From: the human T2T-CHM13v2.0 reference genome, Homo sapiens | DNA: 64,000 bases | Assembly: GCF_009914755.1 (NCBI RefSeq) | Contig: NC_060929.1 | Strand: one strand, 5' to 3' | Part shown: positions 39,701 through 52,900 of the stretch, in pieces | Position numbering within the stretch: the first letter of the stretch is position 1 | Layout: each line of letters begins with the position of its first letter | Notes under the pieces: model-generated | What the model was told of the DNA's origin: nothing | Database searches by the model: none | The model's input: the letters and a program-made list of their open reading frames with translations, nothing else | Made by a program: the position numbers and the translations under genes

Positions 39701-42700
39701 CTCCTTTGTGATGTGTGTGTTCAACTCACAGAGTTTAACATTTCTTTTCATAGAGCAGTTAGGAAACACTCTGTTTGTAAAGTCTGCAAGTGGATATTCA
39801 GACCTCTTTGAGGCCTTCGTTGGAAACGGGTTTTTTTCATATAAGGCTAGACAGAAGAATTCCCAGTAACTTCCTTGTGTTGTGTGTGTTCAACTCACAG
39901 AGTTGAACTTTCATTTACACAGAGCAGATTTGAAACACTCTTTTTGTGGAATTTGCAAGTGGAGATTTCAAGCGCTTTGAGGCCAAAGGCAGAAAAGGAA
40001 ATATCTTCGTATAAAAACTAGACAGAATCATTCTCAGAAACTGCTCTGCGATGTGTGCCTTCAACTCTCAGAGTTTAACTTTTCTTTTCATTCAGCAGTT
40101 TGGAAACACTCTGTTTGTAAAGTCTGCACGTGGATAATTTGACCACTTAGAGGCCTTCGTTGGAAACGGGTTTTTTTCATGTAAGGCTAGACAGAAGAAT
40201 TCTCAGTAACTTCCTTGTGTTGTGTGTATTCAACTCACACAGTTGAACGATCCTTTACACAGAGCAGACTTGTAACACTCTTTTTGTGGAATTTGCAAGT
40301 GGAGATTTCAGCCGCTTTGAAGTCAAAGGTAGAAAAGGAAATATCTTCCTATAAAAAATAGACAGAATGATTCTCAGAAACTCCTTTGTGATGTGTGCGT
40401 TCAACTCACAGAGTTTAACCTTTCTTTTCATAGAGCAGTTAGGAAACACTCTGCTTGTAAAGTCTGCAAGTGGATATTCAGCCCTCTTTGAGGCCATCGT
40501 TGGAAACGGGTTTTTTTCATATAAGGCTAGACAGAAGAATTCCCAGTAACTTCCTTGTGTTGTGTGTGTTCAACTCACAGAGTTGAACTTTGATTTACAC
40601 AGAGCAGATTTGAAACACTCTTTTTGTGGAATTTGCAAGTGGAGATTTCAAGCGCTTTGAGGCCAAAGGCAGAAAAGGAAATATCTTCGTATAAAAACTA
40701 GACAGAATCATTCTCAGAAACTGCTCTGTGATGTGTGCGTTCAACTCTCAGAGTTTAACTTTTCTTTTCATTCAGCAGTTTGGAAACACTCTGTTTGTAA
40801 AGTCTGCACGTGGATATTTTGACCACTTAGAGGCCTTCGTTGGAAACGGGTTTTTTTCCTGTAAGGCTAGACAGAAGAATTCCCAGTAACTTCCTTGTGT
40901 TGTGTACATTCAACTCACAGAGTTGAACGTTCCCTTAGACAGAGCAGATTTGAAACACTCTTTTTGTGCAATTGGCAAGTGGAGATTTCAAGCGCTTTGA
41001 GGTCAATGGCAGAAAAGGAAATATCTTCGTTTCAAAACTAGACAGAATCATTCCCACAAACTGCGTTGTGATGTGTTCGTTCATCTCACAGAGTTTAACC
41101 TTTCTTTTCGTAGAGCAGTTAGGAAACAGTCTGTTTGTAAATTCTGTAAGTGGATATTCTGACATCTTGTGGCCTTCGTTGGAAACGGGATTTCTTCATA
41201 TTCTGCTAGACAGAAGAATTCTCAGAATCTTCCTTGTGTTGTGTGTATTCAACTCACACAGTTGAACGATTGTTTACACAGAGCAGATTTGAAACACTCT
41301 TTTTGTGGAATTTGCAAGTGGAGATTTCAGCCGCTTTGAGGTCAATGGTAGAAAAGGAAATATCTTCGTATAAAAACTAGACAGAATGATTCTCAGAAAC
41401 TTCTTTGTGATGTGTGCGTTCAACTCACAGAGTTTAACCTTTCTTTTCATAGAGCAGTTAGGAAACACTCTGTTTGTAAACTCTGCAAGTGGATATTCAG
41501 ACCTCTTTGAGGCCTTCGTTGGAAACGGGATTTCTTCATACTGTGCTAGACAGAAGAATTCTCAGTAACTTCCTTGTGTTGTGTGTATTCAACTCACAGA
41601 GTTGAACGATCCTTTACACAGAGCAGACTTGAAACGCTCTTTTTGTGGAATTTGCAAGTGGAGATTTCAGCCGCGTTAAGGTCAATGGTAGAAAAGGAAA
41701 TATCTTCGTATAAAAACTAGACAGAATGATTCTCAGAAACTCCTTTGTGATGTGTGTGTTCAACTCACAGAGTTTAACCTTTCTTTTCATAGAGCAGTTA
41801 GGAATCACTCTGTTTGTAAAGTCTGCAAGTGGATATTCAGACCTCTTTGAGGCCTTCGTTGGAAACGGGTTTTTTTCATATAAGGCTAGACAGAAGAATT
41901 CCCAGTAACTTCCTTGTGTTGTGTGTGTTCAACTCACAGAGTTGAACTTTCATTTACACAGAGCAGATTTGAAACACTCTTTTTGTGGAATTTGCAAATG
42001 GAGATTTCAAGCGCTTTGAGACCAAAGGCAGAAAAGGAAATATCTTCGTATAAAAACTAGACAGAATCATTCTCAGAAACTGCTCTGCGATGTGTGCGTT
42101 CAACTCTCAGAGTTTAACTTTGCTTTTCATTCAGCAGTTTGGAAACACTCTGTTTGTAAAGTCTGCACGTGGATAATTTGACCACTTAGAGGCCTTCGTT
42201 GGAAACGGGTTTTTTTCTTGTAAGGCTAGACAGAAGAATTCTCAGTAACTTCCTTGTGTTGTGTGTATTCAACTCACAGAGTTGAACGATCCTTTACACA
42301 GAGCAGACTTGTAACACTCTTTTTGTGGAATTTGCAAGTGGAGATTTCAGCCGCTTTGAAGTCAAAGGTAGAAAAGGAAATATCTTCCTATAAAAACTAG
42401 ACAGAATGATTCTCAGAAACTCCTTTGTGATGTGTGCGTTCAACTCACAGAGTTTAACCTTTCTTTTCATAGAGCAGTTAGGAAACACTCTGTTTGTAAA
42501 GTCTCCAAGTGGATATTCAGACCTCTTTGAGGCCTTCGTTGGAAACGGGTTTTTTTCATATAAGGCTAGACAGAAGAATTCCCAGTAACTTCCTTGTGTT
42601 GTGTGTGTTCAACTCACAGAGTTGAACTTTGATTTACACAGAGCAGATTTGAAACACTCTTTTTGTGGAATTTGCAAGTGGAGATTTCAAGCGCTTTGAG

Positions 42701-42915
42701 GCCAAAGGCAGAAAAGGAAATATCTTCGTATAAAAACTAGACAGAATCATTCTCAGAAACTGCTCTGCGATGTGTGCGTTCAACTCTCAGAGTTTAACTT
42801 TTCTTTTCATTCAGCAGTTTGGAAACACTCTGTTTGTAAAGTCTGCACGTGGATATTTTGACCACTTAGAGGCCTTCGTTGGAAACGGGTTTTTTTCCTG
42901 TAAGGCTAGACAGAA
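36800..42915 (+). repeat. Three 12-mer HORs (2038, 2039, 2039 bp)
   Basis: Marker ORFs at 36858, 38896, 40935, 42974. Confidence 0.92.
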
Positions 42916-45900
42916 GAATTCCCAGTAACTTCCTTGTGTTGTGTACATTCAACTCACAGAGTTGAACGTTCCCTTAGACAGAGCAGATTTGAAACACTCT
43001 TTTTGTGCAATTGGCAAGTGGAGATTTCAAGCGCTTTAAGGTCAATGGCAGAAAAGGAAATATCTTCGTTTCAAAACTAGACAGAATCATTCCCACAAAC
43101 TGCGTTGTGATGTGTTCGTTCATCTCACAGAGTTTAACCTTTCTTTTCGTAGAGCAGTTAGGAAACAGTCTGTTTGTAAATTCTGTAAGTGGATATTCTG
43201 ACATCTTGTGGCCTTCGTTGGAAACGGGATTTCTTCATATTCTGCTAGACAGAAGAATTCTCAGAATCTTCCTTGTGTTGTGTGTATTCAACTCACACAG
43301 TTGAACGATTGTTTACACAGAGCAGATTTGAAACACTCTTTTTGTGGAATTTGCAAGTGGAGATTTCAGCCGCTTTGAGGTCAATGGTAGAAAAGGAAAT
43401 ATCTTCGTATAAAAACTAGACAGAATGATTCTCAGAAACTTCTTTGTGATGTGTGCGTTCAACTCACAGAGTTTAACCTTTCTTTTCATAGAGCAGTTAT
43501 GAAACACTCTGTTTGTAAACTCTGCAAGTGGATATTCAGACCTCTTTGAGGCCTTCGTTGGAAACGGGATTTCTTCATACTGTGCTAGACAGAAGAATTC
43601 TCAGTAACTTCCTTGTGTTGTGTGTATTCAACTCACAGAGTTGAACGATCCTTTACACAGAGCAGACTTGAAACACTCTTTTTGTGGAATTTGCAAGTGG
43701 AGATTTCAGCCGCGTTGAGGTCAATGGTAGAAAAGGAAATATCTTCGTATAAAAACTAGACAGAATGATTCTCAGAAACTCCTTTGTGATGTGTGTGTTC
43801 AACTCACAGAGTTTAACATTTCTTTTCATAGAGCAGTTAGGAAACACTCTGTTTGTAAAGTCTGCAAGTGGATATTCAGACCTCTTTGAGGCCTTCGTTG
43901 GAAACGGGTTTTTTTCATATAAGGCTAGACAGAAGAATTCCCAGTAACTTCCTTGTGTTGTGTGTGTTCAACTCACAGAGTTGAACTTTCGTTTACACAG
44001 AGCAGATTTGAAACACTCTTTTTGTGGAATTTGCAAATGGAGATTTCAAGCGCTTTGAGGCCAAAGGCAGAAAAGGAAATATCTTCGTATAAAAACTAGA
44101 CAGAATCATTCTCAGAAACTGCTCTGCGATGTGTGCGTTCAACTCTCAGAGTTTAACTTTTCTTTTCATTCAGCAGTTTGGAAACACTCTGTTTGTAAAG
44201 TCTGCACGTGGATAATTTGACCACTTAGAGGCCTTCGTTGGAAACGGGTTTTTTTCATGTAAGGCTAGACAGAAGAATTCTCAGTAACTTCCTTGTGTTG
44301 TGTGTATTCAACTCACACAGTTGAACGATCCTTTACACAGAGCAGACTTGTAACACTCTTTTTGTGGAATTTGCAAGTGGGGATTTCAGCCGCTTTGAAG
44401 TCAAAGGTAGAAAAGGAAATATCTTCCTATAAAAACTAGACAGAATGATTCTCAGAAACTCCTTTGTGATGTGTGCTTTCAACTCACAGAGTTTAACCTT
44501 TCTTTTCATAGAGCAGTTAGGAAACACTCTGTTTGTAAAGTCTGCAAGTGGATATTCAGACCTCTTTGAGGCCTTCGTTGGAAACGGGTTTTTTTCATAT
44601 AAGGCTAGACAGAAGAATTCCCAGTAACTTCCTTGTGTTGTGTGTGTTCAACTCACAGAGTTGAACTTTCATTTACACAGAGCAGATTTGAAACACTCTT
44701 TTTGTGGAATTTGCAAATGGAGATTTCAAGCGCTTTCAGGCCAAAGGCAGAAAAGGAAATATCTTCGTATAAAAACTAGACAGAATCATTCTCAGAAACT
44801 GCTCTGCGATGTGTGCGTTCAACTCTCAGAGTTTAACTTTTCTTTTCATTCAGCAGTTTGGAAACACTCTGTTTGTAAAGTCTGCACGTGGATAATTTGA
44901 CCACTTAGAGGCCTTCGTTGGAAACGGGTTTTTTTCATGTAAGGCTAGACAGAAGAATTCTCAGTAACTTCCTTGTGTTGTGTGTATTCAACTCACACAG
45001 TTGAACGATCCTTTACACAGAGCAGACTTGTAACACTCTTTTTGTGGAATTTGCAAGTGGAGATTTCAGCCGCTTTGAAGTCAAAGGTAGAAAAGGAAAT
45101 ATCTTCCTATAAAAACTAGACAGAATGATTCTCAAAAACTCCTTTGTGATGTGTGCGTTCAACTCACAGAGTTTAACCTTTCTTTTCATAGAGCAGTTAG
45201 GAAACACTCTGTTTGTAAAGTCTCCAAGTGGATATTCAGACCTCTTTGAGGCCTTCGTTGGAAACGGGTTTTTTTCATATAAGGCTAGACAGAAGAATTC
45301 CCAGTAACTTCCTTGTGTTGTGTGTGTTCAACTCACAGAGTTGAACTTTGATTTACACAGAGCAGATTTGAAACACTCTTTTTGTGGAATTTGCAAGTGG
45401 AGATTTCAAGCGCTTTGAGGCCAAAGGCAGAAAAGGAAATATCTTCGTATAAAAACTAGACAGAATCATTCTCAGAAACTGCTCTGCGATGTGTGCGTTC
45501 AACTCTCAGAGTTTAACTTTTCTTTTCATTCAGCAGTTTGGAAACACTCTGTTTGTAAAGTCTGCACGTGGATAATTTGACCACTTAGAGGCCTTCGTTG
45601 GAAACGGGTTTTTTTCATGTAAGGCTAGACAGAAGAATTCTCAGTAACTTCCTTGTGTTGTGTGTATTCAACTCACAGAGTTGAACGATCCTTTACACAG
45701 AGCAGACTTGTAACACTCTTTTTGTGGAATTTGCAAGTGGAGATTTCAGCCGCTTTGAAGTCAAAGGTAGAAAAGGAAATATCTTCCTATAAAAACTAGA
45801 CAGAATGATTCTCAGAAACTCCTTTGTGATGTGTGTGTTCAACTCACAGAGTTTAACCTTTCTTTTCATAGAGCAGTTAGGAATCACTCTGTTTGTAAAG

Positions 45901-46994
45901 TCTGCAAGTGGATATTCAGACCTCTTTGAGGCCTTCGTTGGAAACGGGTTTTTTTCATATAAGGCTAGACAGAAGAATTCCCAGTAACTTCCTTGTGTTG
46001 TGTGTGTTCAACTCACAGAGTTGAACTTTCATTTACACAGAGCAGATTTGAAACACTCTTTTTGTGGAATTTGCAAATGGAGATTTCAAGCGCTTTGAGG
46101 CCAAAGGCAGAAAAGGAAATATCTTTGTATAAAAACTAGACAGAATCATTCTCAGAAACTGCTCTGCGATGTGTGCGTTCAACTCTCAGAGTTTAACTTT
46201 GCTTTTCATTCAGCAGTTTGGAAACACTCTGTTTGTAAAGTCTGCACGTGGATAATTTGACCACTTAGAGGCCTTCGTTGGAAACGGGTTTTTTTCATGT
46301 AAGGCTAGACAGAAGAATTCTCAGTAACTTCCTTGTGTTGTGTGTATTCAACTCACACAGTTGAACGATCCTTTACACAGAGCAGACTTGTAACACTCTT
46401 TTTGTGGAATTTGCAAGTGGAGATTTCAGCCGCTTTGAAGTCAAAGGTAGAAAAGGAAATATCTTCCTATAAAAACTAGACAGAATGATTCTCAGAAACT
46501 CCTTTGTGATGTGTGCGTTCAACTCACAGAGTTTAACCTTTCTTTTCATAGAGCAGTTAGGAAACACTCTGTTTGTAAAGTCTCCAAGTGGATATTCAGA
46601 CCTCTTTGAGGCCTTCGTTGGAAACGGGTTTTTTTCATATAAGGCTAGACAGAAGAATTCCCAGTAACTTCCTTGTGTTGTGTGTGTTCAACTCACAGAG
46701 TTGAACTTTGATTTACACAGAGCAGATTTGAAACACTCTTTTTGTGGAATTTGCAAGTGGAGATTTCAAGCGCTTTGAGGCCAAAGGCAGAAAAGGAAAT
46801 ATCTTCGTATAAAAACTAGACAGAATCATTCTCAGAAACTGCTCTGCGATGTGTGCGTTCAACTCTCAGAGTTTAACTTTTCTTTTCATTCAGCAGTTTG
46901 GAAACACTCTGTTTGTAAAGTCTGCACGTGGATATTTTGACCACTTAGAGGCCTTCGTTGGAAACGGGTTTTTTTCCTGTAAGGCTAGACAGAA
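42916..46994 (+). repeat. 24-mer HOR variant (4079 bp)
   Basis: Marker spacing 42974 to 47053. Confidence 0.9.
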
Positions 46995-49900
46995 GAATTC
47001 CCAGTAACTTCCTTGTGTTGTGTACATTCAACTCACAGAGTTGAACGTTCCCTTAGACAGAGCAGATTTGAAACACTCTTTTTGTGCAATTGGCAAGTGG
47101 AGATTTCAAGCGCTTTGAGGTCAATGGCAGAAAAGGAAATATCTTCGTTTCAAAACTAGACAGAATCATTCCCACAAACTGCGTTGTGATGTGTTCGTTC
47201 ATCTCACAGAGTTTAACCTTTCTTTTCGTAGAGCAGTTAGGAAACAGTCTGTTTGTAAATTCTGTAAGTGGATATTCTGACATCTTGTGGCCTTCGTTGG
47301 AAACGGGATTTCTTCATATTCTGCTAGACAGAAGAATTCTCAGAATCTTCCTTGTGTTGTGTGTATTCAACTCACACAGTTGAACGATTGTTTACACAGA
47401 GCAGATTTGAAACACTCTTTCTGTGGAATTTGCAAGTGGAGATTTCAGCCGCTTTGAGGTCAATGGTAGAAAAGGAAATATCTTCGTATAAAAAACTAGA
47501 CAGAATGATTCTCAGAAACTTCTTTGTGATGTGTGCGTTCAACTCACAGAGTTTAACCTTTCTTTTCATGGAGCAGTTAGGAAACACTCTGTTTGTAAAC
47601 TCTGCAAGTGGATATTCAGACCTCTTTGAGGCCTTCGTTGGAAACGGGATTTCTTCATACTGTGCTAGACAGAAGAATTCTCAGTAACTTCCTTGTGTTG
47701 TGTGTATTCAACTCACAGAGTTGAACGATCCTTTACACAGAGCAGACTTGAAACACTCTTTTTGTGGAATTTGCAAGTGGAGATTTCAGCCGCGTTGAGG
47801 TCAATGGTAGAAAAGGAAATATCTTCGTATAAAAACTAGACAGAATGATTCTCAGAAACTCCTTTGTGATGTGTGTGTTCAACTCACAGAGTTTAACATT
47901 TCTCTTCATAGAGCAGTTAGGAAACACTCTGTTTGTAAAGTCTGCAAGTGGATATTCAGACCTCTTTGAGGCCTTCGTTGGAAACGGGTTTTTTTCATAT
48001 AAGGCTAGACAGAAGAATTCCCAGTAACTTCCTTGTGTTGTGTGTGTTGAACTCACAGAGTTGAACTTTCATTTACACAGAGCAGATTTGAAACACTCTT
48101 TTTGTGGAATTTGCAAGTGGAGATTTCAAGCGCTTTCAGGCCAAAGGCAGAAAAGGAAATATCTTCGTATAAAAACTAGACAGAATCATTCTCAGAAACT
48201 GCTCTGCGATGTGTGCGTTCAACTCTCAGAGTTTAACTTTTCTTTTCATTCAGCAGTTTGGAAACACTCTGTTTGTAAAGTCTGCACGTGGATAATTTGA
48301 CCACTTAGAGGCCTTCGTTGGAAACGGGTTTTTTTCATGTAAGGCTAGACAGAAGAATTCTCAGTAACTTCCTTGTGTTGTGTGTATTCAACTCACAGAG
48401 TTGACCGATCCTTTACACAGAGCAGACTTCTAACACTCTTTTTGTGGCATTTGCAAGTGGAGATTTCAGCCGCTTTGAAGTCAAAGGTAGAAAAGGGAAT
48501 ATCTTCCTATAAAAACTAGACAGAATGATTCTCAGAAACTCCTTTGTGATGTGTGCGTTCAACTCACAGAGTTTAACCTTTCTTTTCATAGAGCAGTTAG
48601 GAAACACTCTGTTTCTAAAGTCTGCAAGTGGATATTCAGCCCTCTTTGAGGCCTTCGTTGGAAACGGGTTTTTTTCATATAAGGCTAGAGAGAAGAATTC
48701 CCAGTAACTTCCTTGTGTTGTGTGTGTTCAACTCACAGAGTTGAACTTTCATTTACACAGAGCAGATTTGAAACACTCTTTTTGTGGAATTTGCAAGTGG
48801 AGATTTCAAGCGCTGTGAGGCCAAAGGCAGAAAAGGAAATATCTTCGTATAAAAACTAGACAGAATCATTCTCAGAAACTGCTCTGTGATGTGTGCGTTC
48901 AACTCTCAGAGTTTAACTTTTCTTTTCATTCAGCAGTTTGGAAACACTCTGTTTGTAAAGTCTGCACGTGGATAATTTGACCACTTAGAGGCCTTCGTTG
49001 GAAACGGTTTTTTTTAATGTAAGGCTAGACAGAAGAATTCTCAGTAACTTCCTTGTGTTGTGTGTATTCAACTCACACAGTTGAACGATCCTTTACACAG
49101 AGCAGACTTGTAACACTCTTTTTGTGGAATTTGCAAGTGGAGATTTCAGCCGCTTTGAAGTCAAAGGTAGAAAAGGAAATATCTTCCTATAAAAACTAGA
49201 CAGAATGATTCTCAGAAACTCCTTTGTGATGTGTGCGTTCAACTCACAGAGTTTAACCTTTCTTTTCATAGAGCAGTTAGGAAACACTCTGTTTGTAAAG
49301 TCTGCAAGTGGATATTCAGACCTCTTTGAGGCCTTCGTTGGAAACGGGTTTTTTTCATATAAGGCTAGACAGAAGAATTCCCAGTAACTTCCTTGTGTTG
49401 TGTGTGTTCAACTCACAGAGTTGAACTTTCATTTACACAGAGCAGATTTGAAACACTCTTTTTGTGGAATTTGCAAATGGAGATTTCAAGCGCTTTGAGG
49501 CCAAAGGCAGAAAAGGAAATATCTTCGTATAAAAACTAGACAGAATCATTCTCAGAAACTGCTCTGCAATGTGTGCGTTCAACTCTCAGAGTTTAACTTT
49601 TCTTTTCATTCAGCAGTTTGGAAACACTCTGTTTGTAAAGTCTGCACGTGGATAATTTGACCACTTAGAGGCCTTCGTTGGAAACGGGTTTTTTTCATGT
49701 AAGGCTAGACAGAAGAATTCTCAGTAACTTCCTTGTGTTGTGTGTATTCAACTCACAGAGTTGAACGATCCTTTACACAGAGCAGACTTGTAACACTCTT
49801 TTTGTGGAATTTGCAAGTGGAGATTTCAGCCGCTTTGAAGTCAAAGGTAGAAAAGGAAATATCTTCCTATAAAAACTAGACAGAATGATTCTCAGAAACT

Positions 49901-52900
49901 CCTTTGTGATGTGTGCGTTCAACTCACAGAGTTTAACCTTTCTTTTCATAGAGCAGTTAGGAAACACTCTGCTTGTAAAGTCTGCAAGTGGATATTCAGC
50001 CCTCTTTGAGGCCTTCGTTGGAAACGGGTTTTTTTCATATAAGGCTAGACAGAAGAATTCCCAGTAACTTCCTTGTGTTGTGTGTGTTCAACTCACAGAG
50101 TTGAACTTTGATTTACACAGAGCAGATTTGAAACACTCTTTTTGTGGAATTTGCAAGTGGAGATTTCAAGCGCTTTGAGGCCAAAGGCAGAAAAGGAAAT
50201 ATCTTCGTATAAAAACTAGACAGAATCATTCTCAGAAACTGCTCTGCGATGTGTGCGTTCAACTCTCAGAGTTTAACTTTTCTTCTCATTCAGCAGTTTG
50301 GAAACACTCTGTTTGTAAAGTCTGCACGTGGATAATTTGACCACTTAGAGGCCTTCGTTGGAAACGGGTTTTTTTCATGTAAGGCTAGACAGAAGAATTC
50401 TCAGTAACTTCCTTGTGTTGTGTGTATTCAACTCACAGAGTTGAACGATCCTTTACACAGAGCAGACTTGTAACACTCTTTTTGTGGAATTTGCAAGTGG
50501 AGATTTCAGCCGCTTTGAAGTCAAAGGTAGAAAAGGAAATATCTTCCTATAAAAACTAGACAGAATGATTCTCAGAAACTCCTTTGTGATGTGTGTGTTC
50601 AACTCACAGAGTTTAACCTTTCTTTTCATAGAGCAGTTAGGAATCACTCTGTTTGTAAAGTCTGCAAGTGGATATTCAGACCTCTTTGAGGCCTTCGTTG
50701 GAAACGGGTTTTTTTCATATAAGGCTAGACAGAAGAATTCCCAGTAACTTCCTTGTGTTGTGTGTGTTCAACTCACAGAGTTGAACTTTCATTTACACAG
50801 AGCAGATTTGAAACACTCTTTTTGTGGAATTTGCAAATGGAGATTTCAAGCGCTTTGAGGCCAAAGGCAGAAAAGGAAATATCTTTGTATAAAAACTAGA
50901 CAGAATCATTCTCAGAAACTGCTCTGCGATGTGTGCGTTCAACTCTCAGAGTTTAACTTTGCTTTTCATTCAGCAGTTTGGAAACACTCTGTTTGTAAAG
51001 TCTGCACGTGGATAATTTGACCACTTAGAGGCCTTCGTTGGAAACGGGTTTTTTTCATGTAAGGCTAGACAGAAGAATTCTCAGTAACTTCCTTGTGTTG
51101 TGTGTATTCAACTCACACAGTTGAACGATCCTTTACACAGAGCAGACTTGTAACACTCTTTTTGTGGAATTTGCAAGTGGAGATTTCAGCCGCTTTGAAG
51201 TCAAAGGTAGAAAAGGAAATATCTTCCTATAAAAACTAGACAGAATGATTCTCAGAAACTCCTTTGAGATGTGTGCGTTCAACTCACAGAGTTTAACCTT
51301 TCTTTTCATAGAGCAGTTAGGAAACACTCTGTTTGTAAAGTCTCCAAGTGGATATTCAGACCTCTTTGAGGCCTTCGTTGGAAACGGGTTTTTTTCATAT
51401 AAGGCTAGACAGAAGAATTCCCAGTAACTTCCTTGTGTTGTGTGTGTTCAACTCACAGAGTTGAACTTTGATTTACACAGAGCAGATTTGAAACACTCTT
51501 TTTGTGGAATTTGCAAGTGGAGATTTCAAGCGCTTTGAGGCCAAATGCAGAAAAGGAAATATCTTCGTATAAAAACTAGACAGAATCATTCTCAGAAACT
51601 GCTCTGCGATGTGTGCGTTCAACTCTCAGAGTTTAACTTTTCTTTTCATTCAGCAGTTTGGAAACACTCTGTTTGTAAAGTCTGCACGTGGATATTTTGA
51701 CCACTTAGAGGCCTTCGTTGGAAACGGGTTTTTTTCCTGTAAGGCTAGACAGAAGAATTCCCAGTAACTTCCTTGTGTTGTGTACATTCAACTCACAGAG
51801 TTGAACGTTCCCTTAGACAGAGCAGATTTGAAACACTCTTTTTGTGCAATTGGCAAGTGGAGATTTCAAGCGCTTTAAGGTCAATGGCAGAAAAGGAAAT
51901 ATCTTCGTTTCAAAACTAGACAGAATCATTCCCACAAACTGCGTTGTGATGTGTTCGTTCATCTCACAGAGTTTAACCTTTCTTTTCGTAGAGCAGTTAG
52001 GAAACAGTCTGTTTGTAAATTCTGTAAGTGGATATTCTGACATCTTGTGGCCTTCGTTGGAAACGGGATTTCTTCATATTCTGCTAGACAGAAGAATTCT
52101 CAGAATCTTCCTTGTGTTGTGTGTATTCAACTCACACAGTTGAACGATTGTTTACACAGAGCAGATTTGAAACACTCTTTTTGTGGAATTTGCAAGTGGA
52201 GATTTCAGCCGCTTTGAGGTCAATGGTAGAAAAGGAAATATCTTCGTATAAAAACTAGACAGAATGATTCTCAGAAACTTCTTTGTGATGTGTGCGTTCA
52301 ACTCACAGAGTTTAACCTTTCTTTTCATAGAGCAGTTATGAAACACTCTGTTTGTAAACTCTGCAAGTGGATATTCAGACCTCTTTGAGGCCTTCGTTGG
52401 AAACGGGATTTCTTCATACTGTGCTAGACAGAAGAATTCTCAGTAACTTCCTTGTGTTGTGTGTATTCAACTCACAGAGTTGAACGATCCTTTACACAGA
52501 GCAGACTTGAAACACTCTTTTTGTGGAATTTGCAAGTGGAGATTTCAGCCGCGTTGAGGTCAATGGTAGAAAAGGAAATATCTTCGTATAAAAACTAGAC
52601 AGAATGATTCTCAGAAACTCCTTTGTGATGTGTGTGTTCAACTCACAGAGTTTAACATTTCTTTTCATAGAGCAGTTAGGAAACACTCTGTTTGTAAAGT
52701 CTGCAAGTGGATATTCAGACCTCTTTGAGGCCTTCGTTGGAAACGGGTTTTTTTCATATAAGGCTAGACAGAAGAATTCCCAGTAACTTCCTTGTGTTGT
52801 GTGTGTTCAACTCACAGAGTTGAACTTTCATTTACACAGAGCAGATTTGAAACACTCTTTTTGTGGAATTTGCAAATGGAGATTTCAAGCGCTTTGAGGC

